Source of the DNA: Prorocentrum cordatum
Lineage: Eukaryota
NCBI GenBank assembly: GCA_963575745.1
Contig: CAUYUJ010000315.1
Location: 62,001-115,464, forward strand
Direction: 5' to 3'
Length of the DNA: 53,464 nt
The stretch's first letter is position 1. Every line of letters begins with the position of its first letter. The notes beneath the pieces were generated by a model, which worked only from the letters and a program-made list of their open reading frames with translations, was not told the DNA's origin and ran no database searches. A program made the position numbers and the translations under genes. This document shows, in pieces, positions 1 through 12,968 of this stretch.

Positions 1-2700
1 TCCGTAACAATTCGTAATCGCGCGCCGGCGGGCGGACTTGCCAAACCCAAAAAACAGGATACCACACCACTGGTTGTTTGATTTGTTCGGGAACCTTGAT
101 CTTGAATCCATTACGGAATCGACGGTCTGTGCTCTACGGATTTCGACATGCGCGCGCGACGCTGCGCGCGTGTCCACTCCGTCGCATCTGTTGCCAAGGA
201 TTGCCGAATATTCCAACGCGCGCGCGGCATTATTTGACAGGGATGACAAAGGGAGAAGTCGACACTGGCCTGCATGGAGAGGTGTGTATTCATCGTAACA
301 TGAACGATATTCTTTTTTCACTAGAGAATCATGTGGTGCAAATCACCCTGCTGAGCTGGAAATTGTCAACACCACTGCTCGCGCAATCCTCCCACCCACC
401 AGTCCGCAATGTGGTTTGCATAAACCCATGCGGCGGCGACTGCGATGAGTGCTTGGTGTTGGCTAATGCATCTCTGCGGCCGCGCTAGCCCGCGCATGGT
501 GGCGCGCGCAGCGGCAGGCTAAATTTGCGCAACCGACGCGGCCGCGGTGGCGCGGACCGCTGGGCACTTCCCAGCGGGCACTTCAGTGTGAGTCAGCGAC
601 TTGGGCGGGCACGATATCATGGCAACGTCGACAACGGTAGACTCGATGATGATAGTAGCGATGCTGGTGACGATGATGGCGACGACGAATGCCAAGGCCA
701 ATGACGGCGCGGATGCTGATCACGCCGACGACGATGACGGCGTTCTCGCGTCGGTGATAAAGGTCTTGGGAAAAGTTCGACATGCGCGCGGCCGACGTGC
801 GAGTGGCCCGCATGGCATTACTTGACACGGATCGTGCCCCCCCCAGCACGCGCGCAAAGGCGTTCGACTGATTTCGACATGCGGCGCAAGGGGCCCGTTT
901 GGAATAATTCATTGAACAGGTTGATAACTGTTAGCTGTTCACGAACTCGCAACAATGCGAGCGCAAGCTTGTTCGAAAACTGGCGTTGCACAGCTATCTG
1001 TTTTCCTATGCTTTCGGGACTCTCGATTTTTACATCCGGACGAAACCTAACATGTTTGAAGAATTTCGGCATGCGCGCGCGACGACGCGCGCGTGCCAAT
1101 TTCGTCCCATGTGTTGCAAAGGAATCTTGCGACAGCACGCGCGCAGGGGCGTTCGAACGATTTCGACGTGCGCGCGCGAAAGGCCCGCCTGGCAGCAATT
1201 TAAGAGAAAATGAAAACCCGATGGTTCGCTCAAGGACTTGCCAAAAGGGCGGGCGCAAGCTTGTTTTATATTTCTCGTTGCGAAGCAGTTTTTTATGTTT
1301 TAAAAATGTTCTCGGGGTACTCGAATTTAAAATCCTTGCGCCACCTAAGGCTGTTAAAAGAGTTTGGCATCCGCGCGCGACGACGCGCGCTTGTGCTCGT
1401 CGTCCCTTTGTTGCAAGCGATTCTTGAACATGCTTGATGTTTTCGAAAAACGAGTGCGCCCGCATCTCATGTTTGGCAGAGGATGAGGGGAAACGATACC
1501 GACTTGCCTGGGGTGGTACGGATTCATATTCAGAGTGGACAATTGGGCAGAACCATACGTACATTGCAATACGAAGAATGGTACTTTAATTCCAGGGGGT
1601 AGAGACTTTTGCTTGGAGTTGGCTGGTGCATCTCTGCGGCCGCGCTATCCCGCGCACGCTCGCAAGCGCAGCGGCAAGATAGTCTGGCGCTGCCGACGTG
1701 GTGGCTGTGGCGCTGACCGCTGCGTACTTCCCAACGGGCACTTCAGTGCGAGTCGGCGACTCGGGCTGGAGCGGTATCGTGGCAACGTCGACAACGGTAG
1801 ACGCGATGATGATGGTAGCGATGCTGGTGACGATAGTGGCAACGATGACGGCAAGGCCAATGACGGCGCCGATGTCGATCACGCCGACGGTGATGACGGC
1901 GCCGTCGCGTCGGCGACGAAGGTTTTGGAGGGAGTTCGGCGTGCGTGCGCGGCCGACGTGTGAGAGCGGCCCGCATGGCATGACTTGAAAGGGATCGTGC
2001 TCCCCCCCCAGCACGCGCGCAAGAGCATTTGAACGATTTCGACGTGCGGTGCGAGGGGCCTGTTTGGCAGAATGTCTTAAACATGTTGAAAAACCGATAG
2101 TTTCCTTAAGAACTCACAGGAGCGCGAGCGCAGGCTTGTCTGAAAAATTGTGTTGCATAACCATGTGCTTGTTCAGGACACACTATGGATCCTTACGAAA
2201 CCTAGCGTTCTGGAAGGATTTCGGCATGCGCGCGCGACGACGCGCGCGCGTGCACTTCGTCCCTTTGCTTGCAGAGGATTCTTCCGACAGCACGCGCGCA
2301 AGGGCGTTCGAGCGATTCCGACATGCGTGCGCGAGAGGCCAGTTTGATAGCAAGTTATGAATGTTGAAAAACCGGTGGTTGCAGGAGCCCGAACGCAAAC
2401 TTTTTTGGACAACTTTTGTTGCGAAATCATGTTTTGTATGTTTGCGGGACATTCGATTCCGAAATCCATCGGGAACCTACGGGTTTGGGGAATTCCGGCA
2501 TGCGCGCGCGACGACACGCGCGCGTGCACTTCGACCGATGTTTTTGCAAGGGATGTTTGAAAATTAATGAATTCCGACAAACGAGAGCGCGCGCATCGCT
2601 TTTTTTCTGCAGAAGACGAAAGGGGAACGATATCGGTCTGTCTGGGATGGTATGAATTCATATCTAGGATGAAGCGGAAGCATACGTAAATTGTAATACG
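1..2700. repeat. Diverged tandem repeat, ~1.16 kb unit, about 2.3 copies, with internal palindromic CATGCGCGCGCGACGACGCGCGCG sub-repeats
   Basis: TGCATCTCTGCGGCCGCGCTA at ~467 and ~1627; GGCAACGTCGACAACGGTAGAC at 621 and 1781 (offset 1160); similar unit ends at ~250-300, ~1490-1530 and ~2620-2665. Confidence 0.8.
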
Positions 2701-3374
2701 AAAAATGGGGCGGTTAAATCCTGGGGGGGGGAATCCTAATACTTATTTAGCATGGAGAACCTATGCTGTGAATTCTAGATGGAGCTATGCACGGAGCCAC
2801 CAGGCCGACAATCAGGCCCACACCACGGGCGGCGACAAGCGGCGACGAGGCGGCGACGGCGGCAACATAGCCGCCAGACCGCCGTTCAGGGCCAGCTCTA
2901 TAAAACAGCAGTAAGAACCCCTAGGTCCTAGGTGCAAACAACGTTTGGCAAATGATACGACGTACTTGCGAAAGAAAACAGGAGAGAAACCCACATGTTG
3001 GAAAGGAACTGCCCTACATCCATGCAACAGTTGGACTGCTTGAGACGCTTGGACGTGGCGCGAAGACGCGAACCTCATGTCGAAAACGAGCCGCCCTCCT
3101 GTGTGCGCGGCGCCGAGGCGAGCGCTCCATTGTGAACACGGCCCGTCCTCAACCCGGGAAGCTGTCGGAGATGTCGAGCTTCAGAATCGGAAGCAGTTGC
3201 GAACTCGCAGGCCAAACGCCTGGCCCGATCCAACGACGCATCTAGCCGAACGACGGGGTATCATTTCCACTGGGAAGAAGGATGGAAGAGGAAGAAGACG
3301 AAGAGGCGAACAGGAGGTTGACAAGGTCAGTCGTGAGCGAAACATCTGGCAACAGCTCGAAGCACGAAGGCGGA

Positions 3375-4260
3375 GAAGGTGGGAGAGGAGGAGGAAGAGG
3401 AGAAGGAGGAGGAGGAGGAGGAGGAGGAAAAGGAGGAGGAAGAAGAAGCGGAGGAGGATGAACGGGAGGACGGGGCAGGAGGAGGAGGAGGAGGCGGAAG
3501 AGGAGCAGAAGGAACAGGAGGAGGAGGAGGAGCAGATGGAGTTGGAGGAGCAGGTGATGGATGAATGTGAGGTCGAGGACGGGGGACGAGGGAGAAGGGG
3601 AGGACTCCCTCCATCTCCCATGACCTCTCTGTCGTCGTCTCCCTCCTCCTCCTCCTCCTCCTCCTCCTCATCATCATCATCACCATCGTCATCAGCATCA
3701 GCATCAGCATCAAGCATCAGCTCTCATCATCCCATCATCATATCATCAATCATCATCCTCAATCATCATCATCGTCATCGTCATCATAATAATCATCAGC
3801 CGCATCGCATCATTGAAATCTACATCCTCGATCATCATTCATATCCTCATCATCATATCATCAACATCATTCAGCATCATATAACTTTTTTTTTTTTCAT
3901 CAACATCATAATGATCAATCATCATCTCATCATCATTACATCATCCCCCCTCCTCCTATTAATCCTCAATCCTCCTGCTCCTCCTGATGCTACTCCTCAT
4001 GCTCTGCCGTCCTTCCGTCCGCCCAGCCTCCCGCCTCCACCGCCGAGGCCGCCGCAAAGGCACCTCCTACACCTCCTCCTCAGCCTACTGCACCTCCTAA
4101 TCCACATCCAGTCCTCCTCCACATCACTCAAGCCTCACTCCCTCATCGCTCCTCATTTGTTTTGGATTCCCCTTTTTCTTTTTGGGTTTATTTTTTTTTC
4201 ACCTCCTCCTCCACTCCTCTCCACCTCCTCGTCCTCCTCCCCTCCTCCTCCACCTACTTC
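3375..4260. repeat. Low-complexity (GAG)n, (CTC)n and (CAT)n tracts
   Basis: Seen directly; gives spurious poly-E/R/S/H ORFs. Confidence 0.9.
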
Positions 4261-4864
4261 GCTCCTCCAGCTCCTCGCCTACCCTCCGACCGCGCTCCTT
4301 CCGAGTCGACCCGCCGGGGGCCCGCGCTCCGAGCCCCTCCGGCGCGCCCCGCGGCGCCGCACGCGCCACAGCACGCGCCTCGCGTTCCCCCCGCCGACGC
4401 CGCGCCGGCGGCGTCCTCCGGCGGCGGCGCCACCCCCGCGTCGGCGCAGGCCAGCCGCCGCGCAAGCGCGCGCGGGCGGCGACCGAGGACGCCGCCCGAG
4501 GGGCTGTCTCCGGTGGCGGCGGCGCCGCCGCCGCGTCGGCGCAGGGCCGGCGGGCCCGCAGCCGCGCGCGCGGGCGCCGCGAGGACGCCGCCGTGCGCCA
4601 GCGGGCGCCGCGAGGACGCCGCCGACGCCGAAGGCGGCGTCGTCGGTCAGCGGCGGCGCGGAGGGGGCGGCAGGTTGGTGCCAGCCCGCGGCCTCGCGGG
4701 GGGCGGCGCCCTCGCGGGGCGCGCCGCGGGCGGCGGCGCCGGGCTGCTGCACGCGCGCCAAGGGCGGCTGCGCCGCCTGCCGCGGGCGGGGGAGCTGTCG
4801 CGGTGCGCTCGCTCACTGTGCGCGCGCTGTCGTCGAGGGGCGCGCCATCGACCCCAGACGTGCT

Positions 4865-5000
4865 CGCGTCGTGGAAAAATCACGACGAGAAATGTTCGGC
4901 TGTTCTCGGCCTCCGGGGGCTCTCGACGGGTCTCGGGACCGTCGAAAAATCGACTCGGGATGAAAAACGGGCCCTGGAGAAAGAAAGGGTCGGGGCTTCG
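4865..5000. mobile_element. One arm of a dispersed foldback/MITE family (family R/F)
   Basis: Similar to 21422-21600 and to the reverse complement of 7790-7930, 10560-10720 and 11700-11850. Confidence 0.65.
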
Positions 5001-5719
5001 GGGGGGGGGGGGGGGGCAAATGGACAAAATCGAACCATCGCATATCTGTGCCTACATCCCCAGGACAAAAGTTTGTTTCCCTCGGGCCTGGAACGGGCGT
5101 CGTCAGGAGAAGCAGCGGACCGCACGACTGCAATCGAGGTTGATCTGATTTCAGGATGTGCGGATCCAGCATCGGTAATTACGTTGGGGTGGGTGTGATT
5201 TCCGTCCGCGTGGATCTGAAATCCGTTTTCTCCAAATCGAATGCCCGATCAATGTTCTCCAAATCTGATCGGTTTTTGCTTCACCACTATTTAAACTTAC
5301 TATGTTTAATTCGAGCGGGGAACTGGGCGGAAGCCAGATCCAAGACCTCAAAGCCTGTCCGCGTTACGATTGTACGGTCATGGGGGTTACGTATGCTTCG
5401 TGGTGAGGCGGTTCGCACCTCGAAAGGAACATCTCTCGTTCAAGGATGCCGCTTTCCCTGCCTGCCCCCCCCGTTCCCTCCGGATTCCCTCTTCATGCCC
5501 CCTTTCCTCCGAAAGCCCTCGTGGATGCGCTCCTTCCCTCTGGACGCCAGGGTCCCGCTCCTGTCCTCTCCCCCCTGAGCAAAAGGTAAATACAACAAGC
5601 CGCCGCCAGGCCTTTACACAAACTCATTCAAGGCCAAATCTTGGAGCATATGGCCTCCTGGCCCGTCCAGGAGACGTCGTGCACTAGCCAGGGGGTGGCG
5701 CATATGCTTGCCTTCTCGA

Positions 5720-6524
5720 GGAGGAAGGAGGAGGAGGAGGAGGAGGAGGAGGAGGAGGAGGAGGAGGAGGAGGAGGAGGAGGAGGAGGAGGAGGAGGAGG
5801 AGGAGGGGAGGGGAGGAGGACGAGGAGGAGGAGGAGAAGGAGGAGGAGGAGGAGGAGGGGCGAGAAGGGGCGAGCATGGACGAGGAGAGACGAGGAAGGA
5901 GGGGGAGGAGGAGGAAGAAGAGGAGGAGAAGGAAGAGGAGATGGAGATGACGGAGGAGGACGAGGAGGATGAGGAGGAGGAAAAATAATGCAAGGAGGAA
6001 CCAGAAGGGAAGGAGGAGGCGGAGGAGGCGGAGGAGGAGGAGGAGGAGGTAATGGAGGAGGAGGAGGATGAGAAGGACGAGGATATGGAGGAGGAGGAGA
6101 AGGAGGAGAAGGAAGAGGAGGAGGAGGGGCGAGCATGGACGATGAGAGACGAGGGAGGAGGATGATGATGATGATGAGGAGGAGGAGAAGGAGGAGGAGG
6201 AGGAGATGGAGGAGGACGAGGAAAAGGAGGAGGAGGAGGAGGGGCGAGGAGAAGCGAGGAGGAGAAAGAGCAGGAGGAGGAGGAGGAGGAGAAGAGTAAT
6301 AATACTACTCCTAAGAGTAATAATCATAATAATAATGCTTTAATATAAAAATAATAATAGTACTACTAATAACAACAACAAGAATAATAATAGTAATACT
6401 AATAATGATTTTGATAATAATGCAACCAATAAGCAGCATAGCAATCACATTACACATAATAGTAATACTAATACTACTACTAATAGTAGTAGTAGTAGTA
6501 GTAGTAGTGGTAGTAGTAGTAGTC

Positions 6525-6611
<87 letters not shown>

Positions 6612-7570
6612 CAAGCAATACTAATACTAATCGTACTAACACTACTAATAGTAATAATGCTAATAATAATAATAGTAATAATAATAAAACAATAATAATA
6701 ATATTATTATTATTAATAATATTAATAATAATAACAATAATAATAATAATAAATAATGATAATAATACTGATGATGATGATGATAATAATTTAAATATTA
6801 ATAATAATACTGATGATAATAATAATAATAATAAGAAGAAGAAGAAGACTACGAATAAGAAACATAATAATAATGAGAAGGAGGAGGAGGATCTGGAGGA
6901 GGAGGAGGAGGAGGAGGAGGAAGAGAAGGAGTAGGAGGAAGAGGAGAAAAAGGAGGAGGAGGATATGAAGGCGGATATGGAGGAGAGGAGGAGGATGACC
7001 AGGAGGAGGAGGAACGCGGGAGGGGAGGGGGGGAGGAGGAGGAGGAGGAGGAGGAGGAGGAAGGAGGAGGAGGAAGGACGAAGAGGAGGAGAACGAGGAG
7101 ATGGAGGAGGAGGAGGGAGGAGGAGGAGGAGGAGGGAGGAGGGAAGGACCAGGCGGATGAGGAGGCGAGGAGGAGGAGAAGAGAGAGAGGAGGAGGAACA
7201 TAATGAGTTGGCAGGAAGAGTAAGAGGAGGGGGATATGGAGGGGAGGAGAATAGCGCGGAGGAGGAGGAGGAGAAGGAGGAGGAGGGGCCGCGAAGCGGT
7301 AGGAGGAGGATGGAGGAGAAGGAGGACGAGGAGAGGAGGAGGAGGCGGAGATAGGAAGAGAGGAGGGAGGAGAGGAGGAGGGGAGGAGGAGGAGGAGGAG
7401 GAGGATGAGGACCGGAGGAGGAGGAGGAGGAGGAGGGGGAGCAGGAGAAGCGGGGGAGCAGTAGAAGGAGGAGCAGCAGGAGGAGGTGGACCACAAGGAG
7501 GAGGAGGAGGAGGAGGACAAGGAGGAGGAGGAGGAGGAGGAGGAGGAGGAGGAGGAGGAGGATGAAGAGG
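5720..7570. repeat. Compound microsatellite: (GAG)n 5720-6295, (AAT)n/(TAG)n 6296-6870, (GAG)n 6875-7570
   Basis: Seen directly. Confidence 0.95.
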
Positions 7571-7789
7571 CGGAGGGCAACGTTCCACGACCTTTTCTGC
7601 CTTCAGGCCTCCAGGCTTTCAAGCTTTCAGGAGGACAAAGGAGGGAAGAGGAGGGACGAGGAGGGACGAGGAAGGAGGCGCCGGAGGAGGACGAAGAGGA
7701 GGAGTATGCAGGAGGAGGGAAGAGGAGGGACGACGAGGAGGAACGACGAGGAGGGAGGAGGGAGGAGGCAGGAAGAAGGCTTGCCCCCT

Positions 7790-7930
7790 GGCGCCCCGGA
7801 AATCTCGACCCCTTCCCCGAGACTGGTTTCCATCCTGAGCGCCTTTTCAGCAGTCCTGGGGCTTGGCGAGGGCCCCCAGAAGCCGAAGATAGTGGACAGC
7901 CTCCCGTCGTGATTTTTCACGACCCGAGGC
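7790..7930. mobile_element. Opposite-orientation arm of foldback family R/F
   Basis: Reverse-complement similarity to 4865-5000 (CCGTCGTGATTTTTCACGAC vs GTCGTGGAAAAATCACGACG). Confidence 0.6.
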
Positions 7931-8493
7931 GTACCATAAACATACACTGTCCGCGCGGACTTCTTGGATCGGCGCTGGACCCCGCCTCCCCTGGCGCGCG
8001 GAGCGCGCCACGTGCGGCGCCAGAGGCGCCGCTAGGGGGGCCCCAGGGCGATCCCGCGACTCGCGTGGAGCTATGGAAGATCATCAACGTCCGCTGCCGC
8101 TCCTGGCCCTCGAGCAGGCGGCCGGGCCACGAGCGAACCCGCCGCCTCCGCCCCGCCGCCGCCGCGGCTCGCCGAGGGCCTCCCGCGCGCGCGCCCGTCG
8201 GCCGCCGGCGGCGCCGCGCGGCCGCCGCCCGCCGCGGCGCCGGGCGCCTCGCCGCGGGCGGCTCTGGCGCGCCGCATGGGCGCGTCCGCGGGGCGCGCGG
8301 CGGGCCCGCGCGCGGCGCCGCGCTCGGCCGGCCGCCGCCCGCGGCGCCCTCGGCGCGCACCCGCCCGCGCAGTCGGCGGCGGGCGCCGCGGTGCGCGCGG
8401 TGGCGGCGCGGCGCGCGGCGGCTGCGCGCGGGGGGCGGCGCCGCCGCGCGTCGGCGCCGGGGAGCCTCGGGAGGAGGACGAGGAGGAGGGCCA

Positions 8494-8704
8494 ATATCTA
8501 GGGGAGCAAGAGGTGGCAGAAGCATAAAAACTCGGAGGTCGCGCGGACTTCTCGGCACGGGCGCTGGGGCCCCCCTCCGGCGCCTGCGGCGCCGCCCCTG
8601 GCGCGCTCCGCGCGCCAGGGGAGGGGGGGTCCAACGCCGATCCGAGAAATCCGCGCGGACCTCCGAGTTTTTATGCTTATGCCACTTTTCGTTCCCCTAA
8701 ATAT
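8494..8704. mobile_element. MITE with ~75-bp terminal inverted repeats and ATAT ends
   Basis: ATATCTAGGGGAGCAAGAGGTGGCAGAAGCATAAAAACTCGGAGGTC ... GACCTCCGAGTTTTTATGCTTATGCCACTTTTCGTTCCCCTAAATAT; partial inverted relative at ~7950-8055. Confidence 0.8.
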
Positions 8705-8979
8705 GCGGCTACCCTTGACTCGAGTTCGCCGTTGCTGGGCCTCCCGGGAGGCCCTCGTCGCCGCGGCCGGACTCGCCCCGCAGTTCTGGCCAGAGCGCAC
8801 CCCAGGCGAGGCCCGTGGAGCAGCGGGATCGCCCCGGCGCCGATGGCCAAGCTCGCCGATCCTGGCTGGGCCCAGGTTCGGTGCAGATGCTGCCTGCCCA
8901 GGCCAGGAAGGCGTCTGCGCCGATCCTGGGCCCAGGAGGGGCCTGGCCACGGGTTGGACTCCGAGTGCGTGGCTCGTGC

Positions 8980-9507
8980 CCTGCGGAGCCTGCCCGCGAG
9001 GTCGGCGAAGCGGTGCTGCAGGTGCTGGCGCATGCGCTCGAACTCGTGCTGGTGCCGGGCGTCCGCCTCCTGCAGCCGCCGGTGGAGGCCCTCCAGCAGG
9101 CCGTCGACGTCGTGCTGGTCTCGCCGCCGGTGGCGGCCCCAGGCGGCCCGCCAGCCGTGGTCGAGCCTCTCGACGGAGTCCTCCACGGCGCAGAGCCGGC
9201 TCATGCCCAGCTCGACCTCGCCCACGCACTCGCTCAGGGCCTGGACGGAGCCCTCCACGGCGCAGAGCCGGCTCATGCCGAGCTCGACCTCGCCCACGCA
9301 CTCGCTCAGCACCCTGCCCTGCTCGCCAGCGGTCTGCTCGACCAGCGCCCACAGCTCGTCCACCCGCCGATCGGCGTCGCTGGCGCGGCGCGCCGCGCCC
9401 TCGCAGGCTGCCAGCCGCCGTTGCCACGAGTCGAACGCGGCCCTGTCGGCGAGGACCCTGTCACACGAGTCCTGCAGGCGCTGGACGTCGGGCATGACCC
9501 GAGCGAC
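8980..9507 (-). CDS. Probable exon of a coiled-coil protein (VARVMPDVQRLQDSCDRVLADR...HEFERMRQHLQHRFADL) with an internal 72-bp duplication
   Basis: Protein-like heptad-rich translation with high GC3; CAG|G acceptor at 9508-9510; GC donor near 8979; joins in phase 0 to the upstream exon. Confidence 0.6.
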
Positions 9508-9842
9508 CTGGCGTCGCAAAAGCTTGCGCAGCAGGCGCACACGGTGACACATCTCCACATGAGCAATCCAGGGACACGTATATCCCTCGTCCAGGGCTCT
9601 GCGGGCCCATCGGGAGATAAGAAACTCTCGCGGGGCACCCGTTGGCAGGCCAATTGCTCTTTTGGCGTGCCCGCCGTGCACCGACGCCCGCCGGCGAGCT
9701 TGTTTCTCTGCCTCCACTGAGTGGGCTGAGCCCGCTGGCCCTTCGGTGGTGATCGATGCACGGTCGCCCTTCCCCGGGGCCCAAGAACCCTCCGCCCGAG
9801 GGGGGCGTCTGTGCCTATTCGCCGCGGGGTGGCCGGAAAGGC

Positions 9843-10099
9843 CTGCTCCACCAGCGGCCCCACGCCCCGGACGCTCTCCAGGCGCTGCTCGACGGCGGCC
9901 AGGCGCTGCGCGATGCCGTCCCTCCAGGCCCGCTGCCGGGCGCCCTCGGCGGACCGCTGCGCCTCGAAGCGCCGCTCCGAGGCCTCCAGGCGGCAGAGCA
10001 GCCGGCGCTCCAGCGCGCCCAGGGCGCCCTGCGCCTTGTGGGGCCGGCCGAGAGTCTGCGCCGTCGCGCTGCTGCCTACCGACGTGGGCCCCGAGAGGT
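9843..10099 (-). CDS. Probable upstream exon of the same coiled-coil protein (GALGALERRLLCRLEASERRFEAQ...GPLVEQ); 5' boundary uncertain (10028 or 10099)
   Basis: CAG|GC donor at 9843/9842; removing the 335-bp GC-AG intron (9508-9842) gives in-frame ...VEQ|VARV... Confidence 0.5.
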
Positions 10100-10389
10100 C
10101 TGGACGCAAGTGGCACGGCAGGTTCGTGTCGCGACGGCTTCGGCGCTGGTGTCTGACACCGCGTGGAGATCGCCAGAGCGTTCCACAATGGACGATTCGG
10201 AGCCACCAGCGGCGTTCAACCTTGAACGCCCGGGGGTGGTCTCCGTACGGACACGATACGAACCTACCATAAGGCTCTTGGGCTGCGCACAGACCTCCCC
10301 CCCAGGTAGTCACAGCTGGCCTCAACACCCCCCCCCCCGAGTGGTCGGGAGGCGGTCTCAACACCCTGGCGCCGCCTCTGGCGGCGCCC

Positions 10390-10720
10390 AGGCTTCCGGC
10401 TGTCTCCAGCCTTCGGGGGGTCCCCGCCGGGCCCCAGGGCTCTCAAGACACCGCCCGGGCTGAACACCTGGCCCCTAGGACAGGGCCGGGACTTCCAGGG
10501 ACAGCGCCTGGAACACATATCAGGACGTCGCCCCAAAGATCCGACGTCGTGTTCTTTTGTCAATACGGGGTCCCCAGAAGTCTCGACCCACTGCCCAGGA
10601 CCAGCTTGACGTCCTGAGTCGATTCTTGACGCTCCCGAGGCCTGGCGAAGGCCTCTGGAGGCCGAAAACGGCGAAAAACCTCCGTCTTGATTTTTTCGAT
10701 GCGCTGGATCTCTGGGGCAT
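10390..10720. mobile_element. Complete foldback element of family R/F (imperfect ~330-bp palindrome, apex ~10535)
   Basis: Left half resembles 21465-21600 directly; right half resembles the reverse complement of 21422-21530. Confidence 0.65.
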
Positions 10721-10789
10721 GGCACAATTTCTCATCCCGAGCCGCTTCCCCAAGACAGGTCTCTCGTCCCGAGCCGCTCTGCCGGGCGA

Positions 10790-11525
10790 GGGCCCCCATA
10801 GGTGCCGAAACCTGCCAGGAGGCCTCGGAGGCCTCGCCGCCCGTCGTGGTGCGCGCTCGCTCCCAGGAGGATAACGACGCCTTGCCAAGAAGGAACTGTG
10901 GGAACTGTGCATGAGCGACAGCGAAAGTCGCATCCCCGAAGGGAGCACTTAGGCAAATAACTGCGACGGAACGGGACAAGGGCAAGTCGCCTGGCCCACT
11001 CGCGGCCGCCTTCCTTGAGGCGGTGTGCCGCTCCGGTGGTGCTGCGAAGAATCGAAATCCTCGCCTCGAGGAGGAGGAGGAGGAGGAGGAGGAGGAGGAG
11101 GAGGAGGAGGAGGAGGTAGCTGGCCTTGGAAAGATGGCGCGCAACGTCGCTCTCCGGAGAGAAGCATGCTGACCTCGCGAGGCGATCCCCCCCCCGCGAG
11201 AGGGCCCCGTCCGTGCGCGCCGTTCCCCCCCCGCGAGAGGGCGTCTTCGGTGCACGCGATCCCCCAAGGGGGGGCCGGCGGCGCCACGTCGCACGCCGTC
11301 TTCTCGACGCCAACCTGGAGGCCTCGAGGGGGCGGGGGAATCGCGCCGCATCACGGATGCGTCGCCGATGAAGCGCCATCGGCGATGCATCGGCGATGTG
11401 TCGGCGCTTTCGGCGTGGAGGAAATCTCGGGCTCCACATCGGCTGCCTGGATCGCCGAGGCATCGGCGACTCGGCGCGATCCTCCGACCCTATCTGCTCG
11501 GACCCCACCTGAGAAGCCTGGACGA
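10790..11525. repeat. Dispersed repeat (GATGCATCGGCGATG family); second copy at ~15090-15550
   Basis: Shared blocks GCCGGGCGAGGGCCC..GGTGCC..CCTGCCAG and GGCTCCACATC..CGATCCT.CGACCC.ATCTGCTCGGACC. Confidence 0.65.
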
Positions 11526-11699
11526 AAGTGAGTGGGGGAGGAGGTGAAGGAGGAGGAGAAGGAGTAGAGGAGGAGGAGGAGGAGGAGGAGGAGGAGGTGG
11601 TGGAGGAGGAGGAGCAGGAGGTGGAGGAGGAGGAGGAGGAGAAGGAGGAGGAGAAGAAGGACCCGGACCCTCGACATCATGATGTTTGGCATAACATCG

Positions 11700-11850
11700 A
11701 CCCTCAGAGATCTCGAGAATCTCGACCCATCCCAGGGGACTGGCTTTTCATCCCGAGTCGTTTTTGTTCACGGCCCCGAGGCCGAGCGAGGGTCCCCCGA
11801 GGCTGAAAACACCGAAATACCTCCCGCCGCGCTGCTTTCATGACCCGAGA
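11700..11850. mobile_element. Arm of foldback family R/F
   Basis: TCATCCCGAGTCGTTTTT..CGGCCCCGAG matches the reverse complement of ~4930-4965. Confidence 0.55.
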
Positions 11851-11905
11851 GGCTCTGCGGAGGCGGGGGGCGAGGATCGGGCGGGTGGCAATGGCTTGAA
11901 TGTGG

Positions 11906-12080
11906 CTACCTACCAGACCACCCCAACCCAATCCGAAGACCCGAATTTCGGGATATTTCGGGTTTGGGGGGGTAATTACGGGTTCCGTATGTGTCTTCTC
12001 GATGTTCCCCGACCCCCCCCCACTGGAAATGGAGGGCAAATTGAGGCCTTCGGGTTGGGTTGGGGTGGTTTGGTGGGTGG
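11906..12080. mobile_element. MITE with ~40-bp terminal inverted repeats
   Basis: CTACCTACCAGACCACCCCAACCCAATCCGAAG ... CTTCGGGTTGGGTTGGGGTGGTTTGGTGGGTGG. Confidence 0.7.
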
Positions 12081-12477
12081 TGAAAATGGGGGGCCACATG
12101 AGCGAAGTCGGGAGCCTTGCCAACGGGCGCAGTCGAAGCAGTCTGGTGCTCCAGCCAATTCTCTATCCTCGCTCTGCCCCCAGTAGGGGGGCAGAGCGAA
12201 AGGGACCTGAAGCAGCCGTTTGGGCCTCCTTTGGGGCCCCTGCTGGCTCCGAAGGGGGCCCCCACTACCATTAAGTCGGGCCTGTCCCCCATACAGGGGG
12301 ATTTTCGACGAAGAATACAAAATTATCCCGGCAAAGCAACCTAACAGCGATGTGTAGAAGCATATCTGGAAGCATTCTCCTTAAGATTCAGATCCGAATC
12401 CAGTTGTAAAATTATGCTGTTCTCACAATCGCAGTCGCATTCGCGATGACAGTCGCAGTGGCAACGGCATTCGCAAT

Positions 12478-12968
12478 CACAGCCTCAGCCTCAGCCTGCC
12501 TGAGTATCAGCCTGCCTCACTCTCAGCCTCAGCCTGCCTCAGCCTGCCTCAGCCTCAACCTCAGCCTGCTTCAGCCTCAGCCTCAGTCTGCCTTCAGCCT
12601 CAGCCTCAGCCTCAGCCTCAGCCTCAGCCTCAGCCTCAGGCTGCCTCAGCATCAGCCTGCCTCAGCCCCACCCTCAGCCTGCCTCAGCCTCAGCCTCAGC
12701 CTGCCTTCAGCCTCAGCCTCAGCCTCAGCCTCAGCCTCAGTCTCAGCCTCAGCCTGCCTCAGCCTCAGCCTGCATCAGCATCAGCCTCAGCTTCAGCCTC
12801 AGCCTGCCTCAGCGTCTGCCTCAGCCTCAGTCTGCCTTCAGCCTCGGCCTCAGCCTCAGCCTGCCTCAGCCTCAGCCTGCCTCAGCCTCAGCCTCTGCCT
12901 CAGCCTGCCTCAGCCTCAGCCTCAGCCTGCCTCAGCCTCAGCGTCAGCCTCAGCCTCAGTGCCTCAGC
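12478..12968. repeat. (CAGCCT)n hexamer satellite
   Basis: Seen directly. Confidence 0.95.

Noticed and set aside
3077..8700. Long ORFs of 300-630 aa rich in E/R/G/P/S/L
   Set aside because: They arise from (GAG)n/(CTC)n tracts and extreme GC content; several frames on both strands are open and no domain motifs are present
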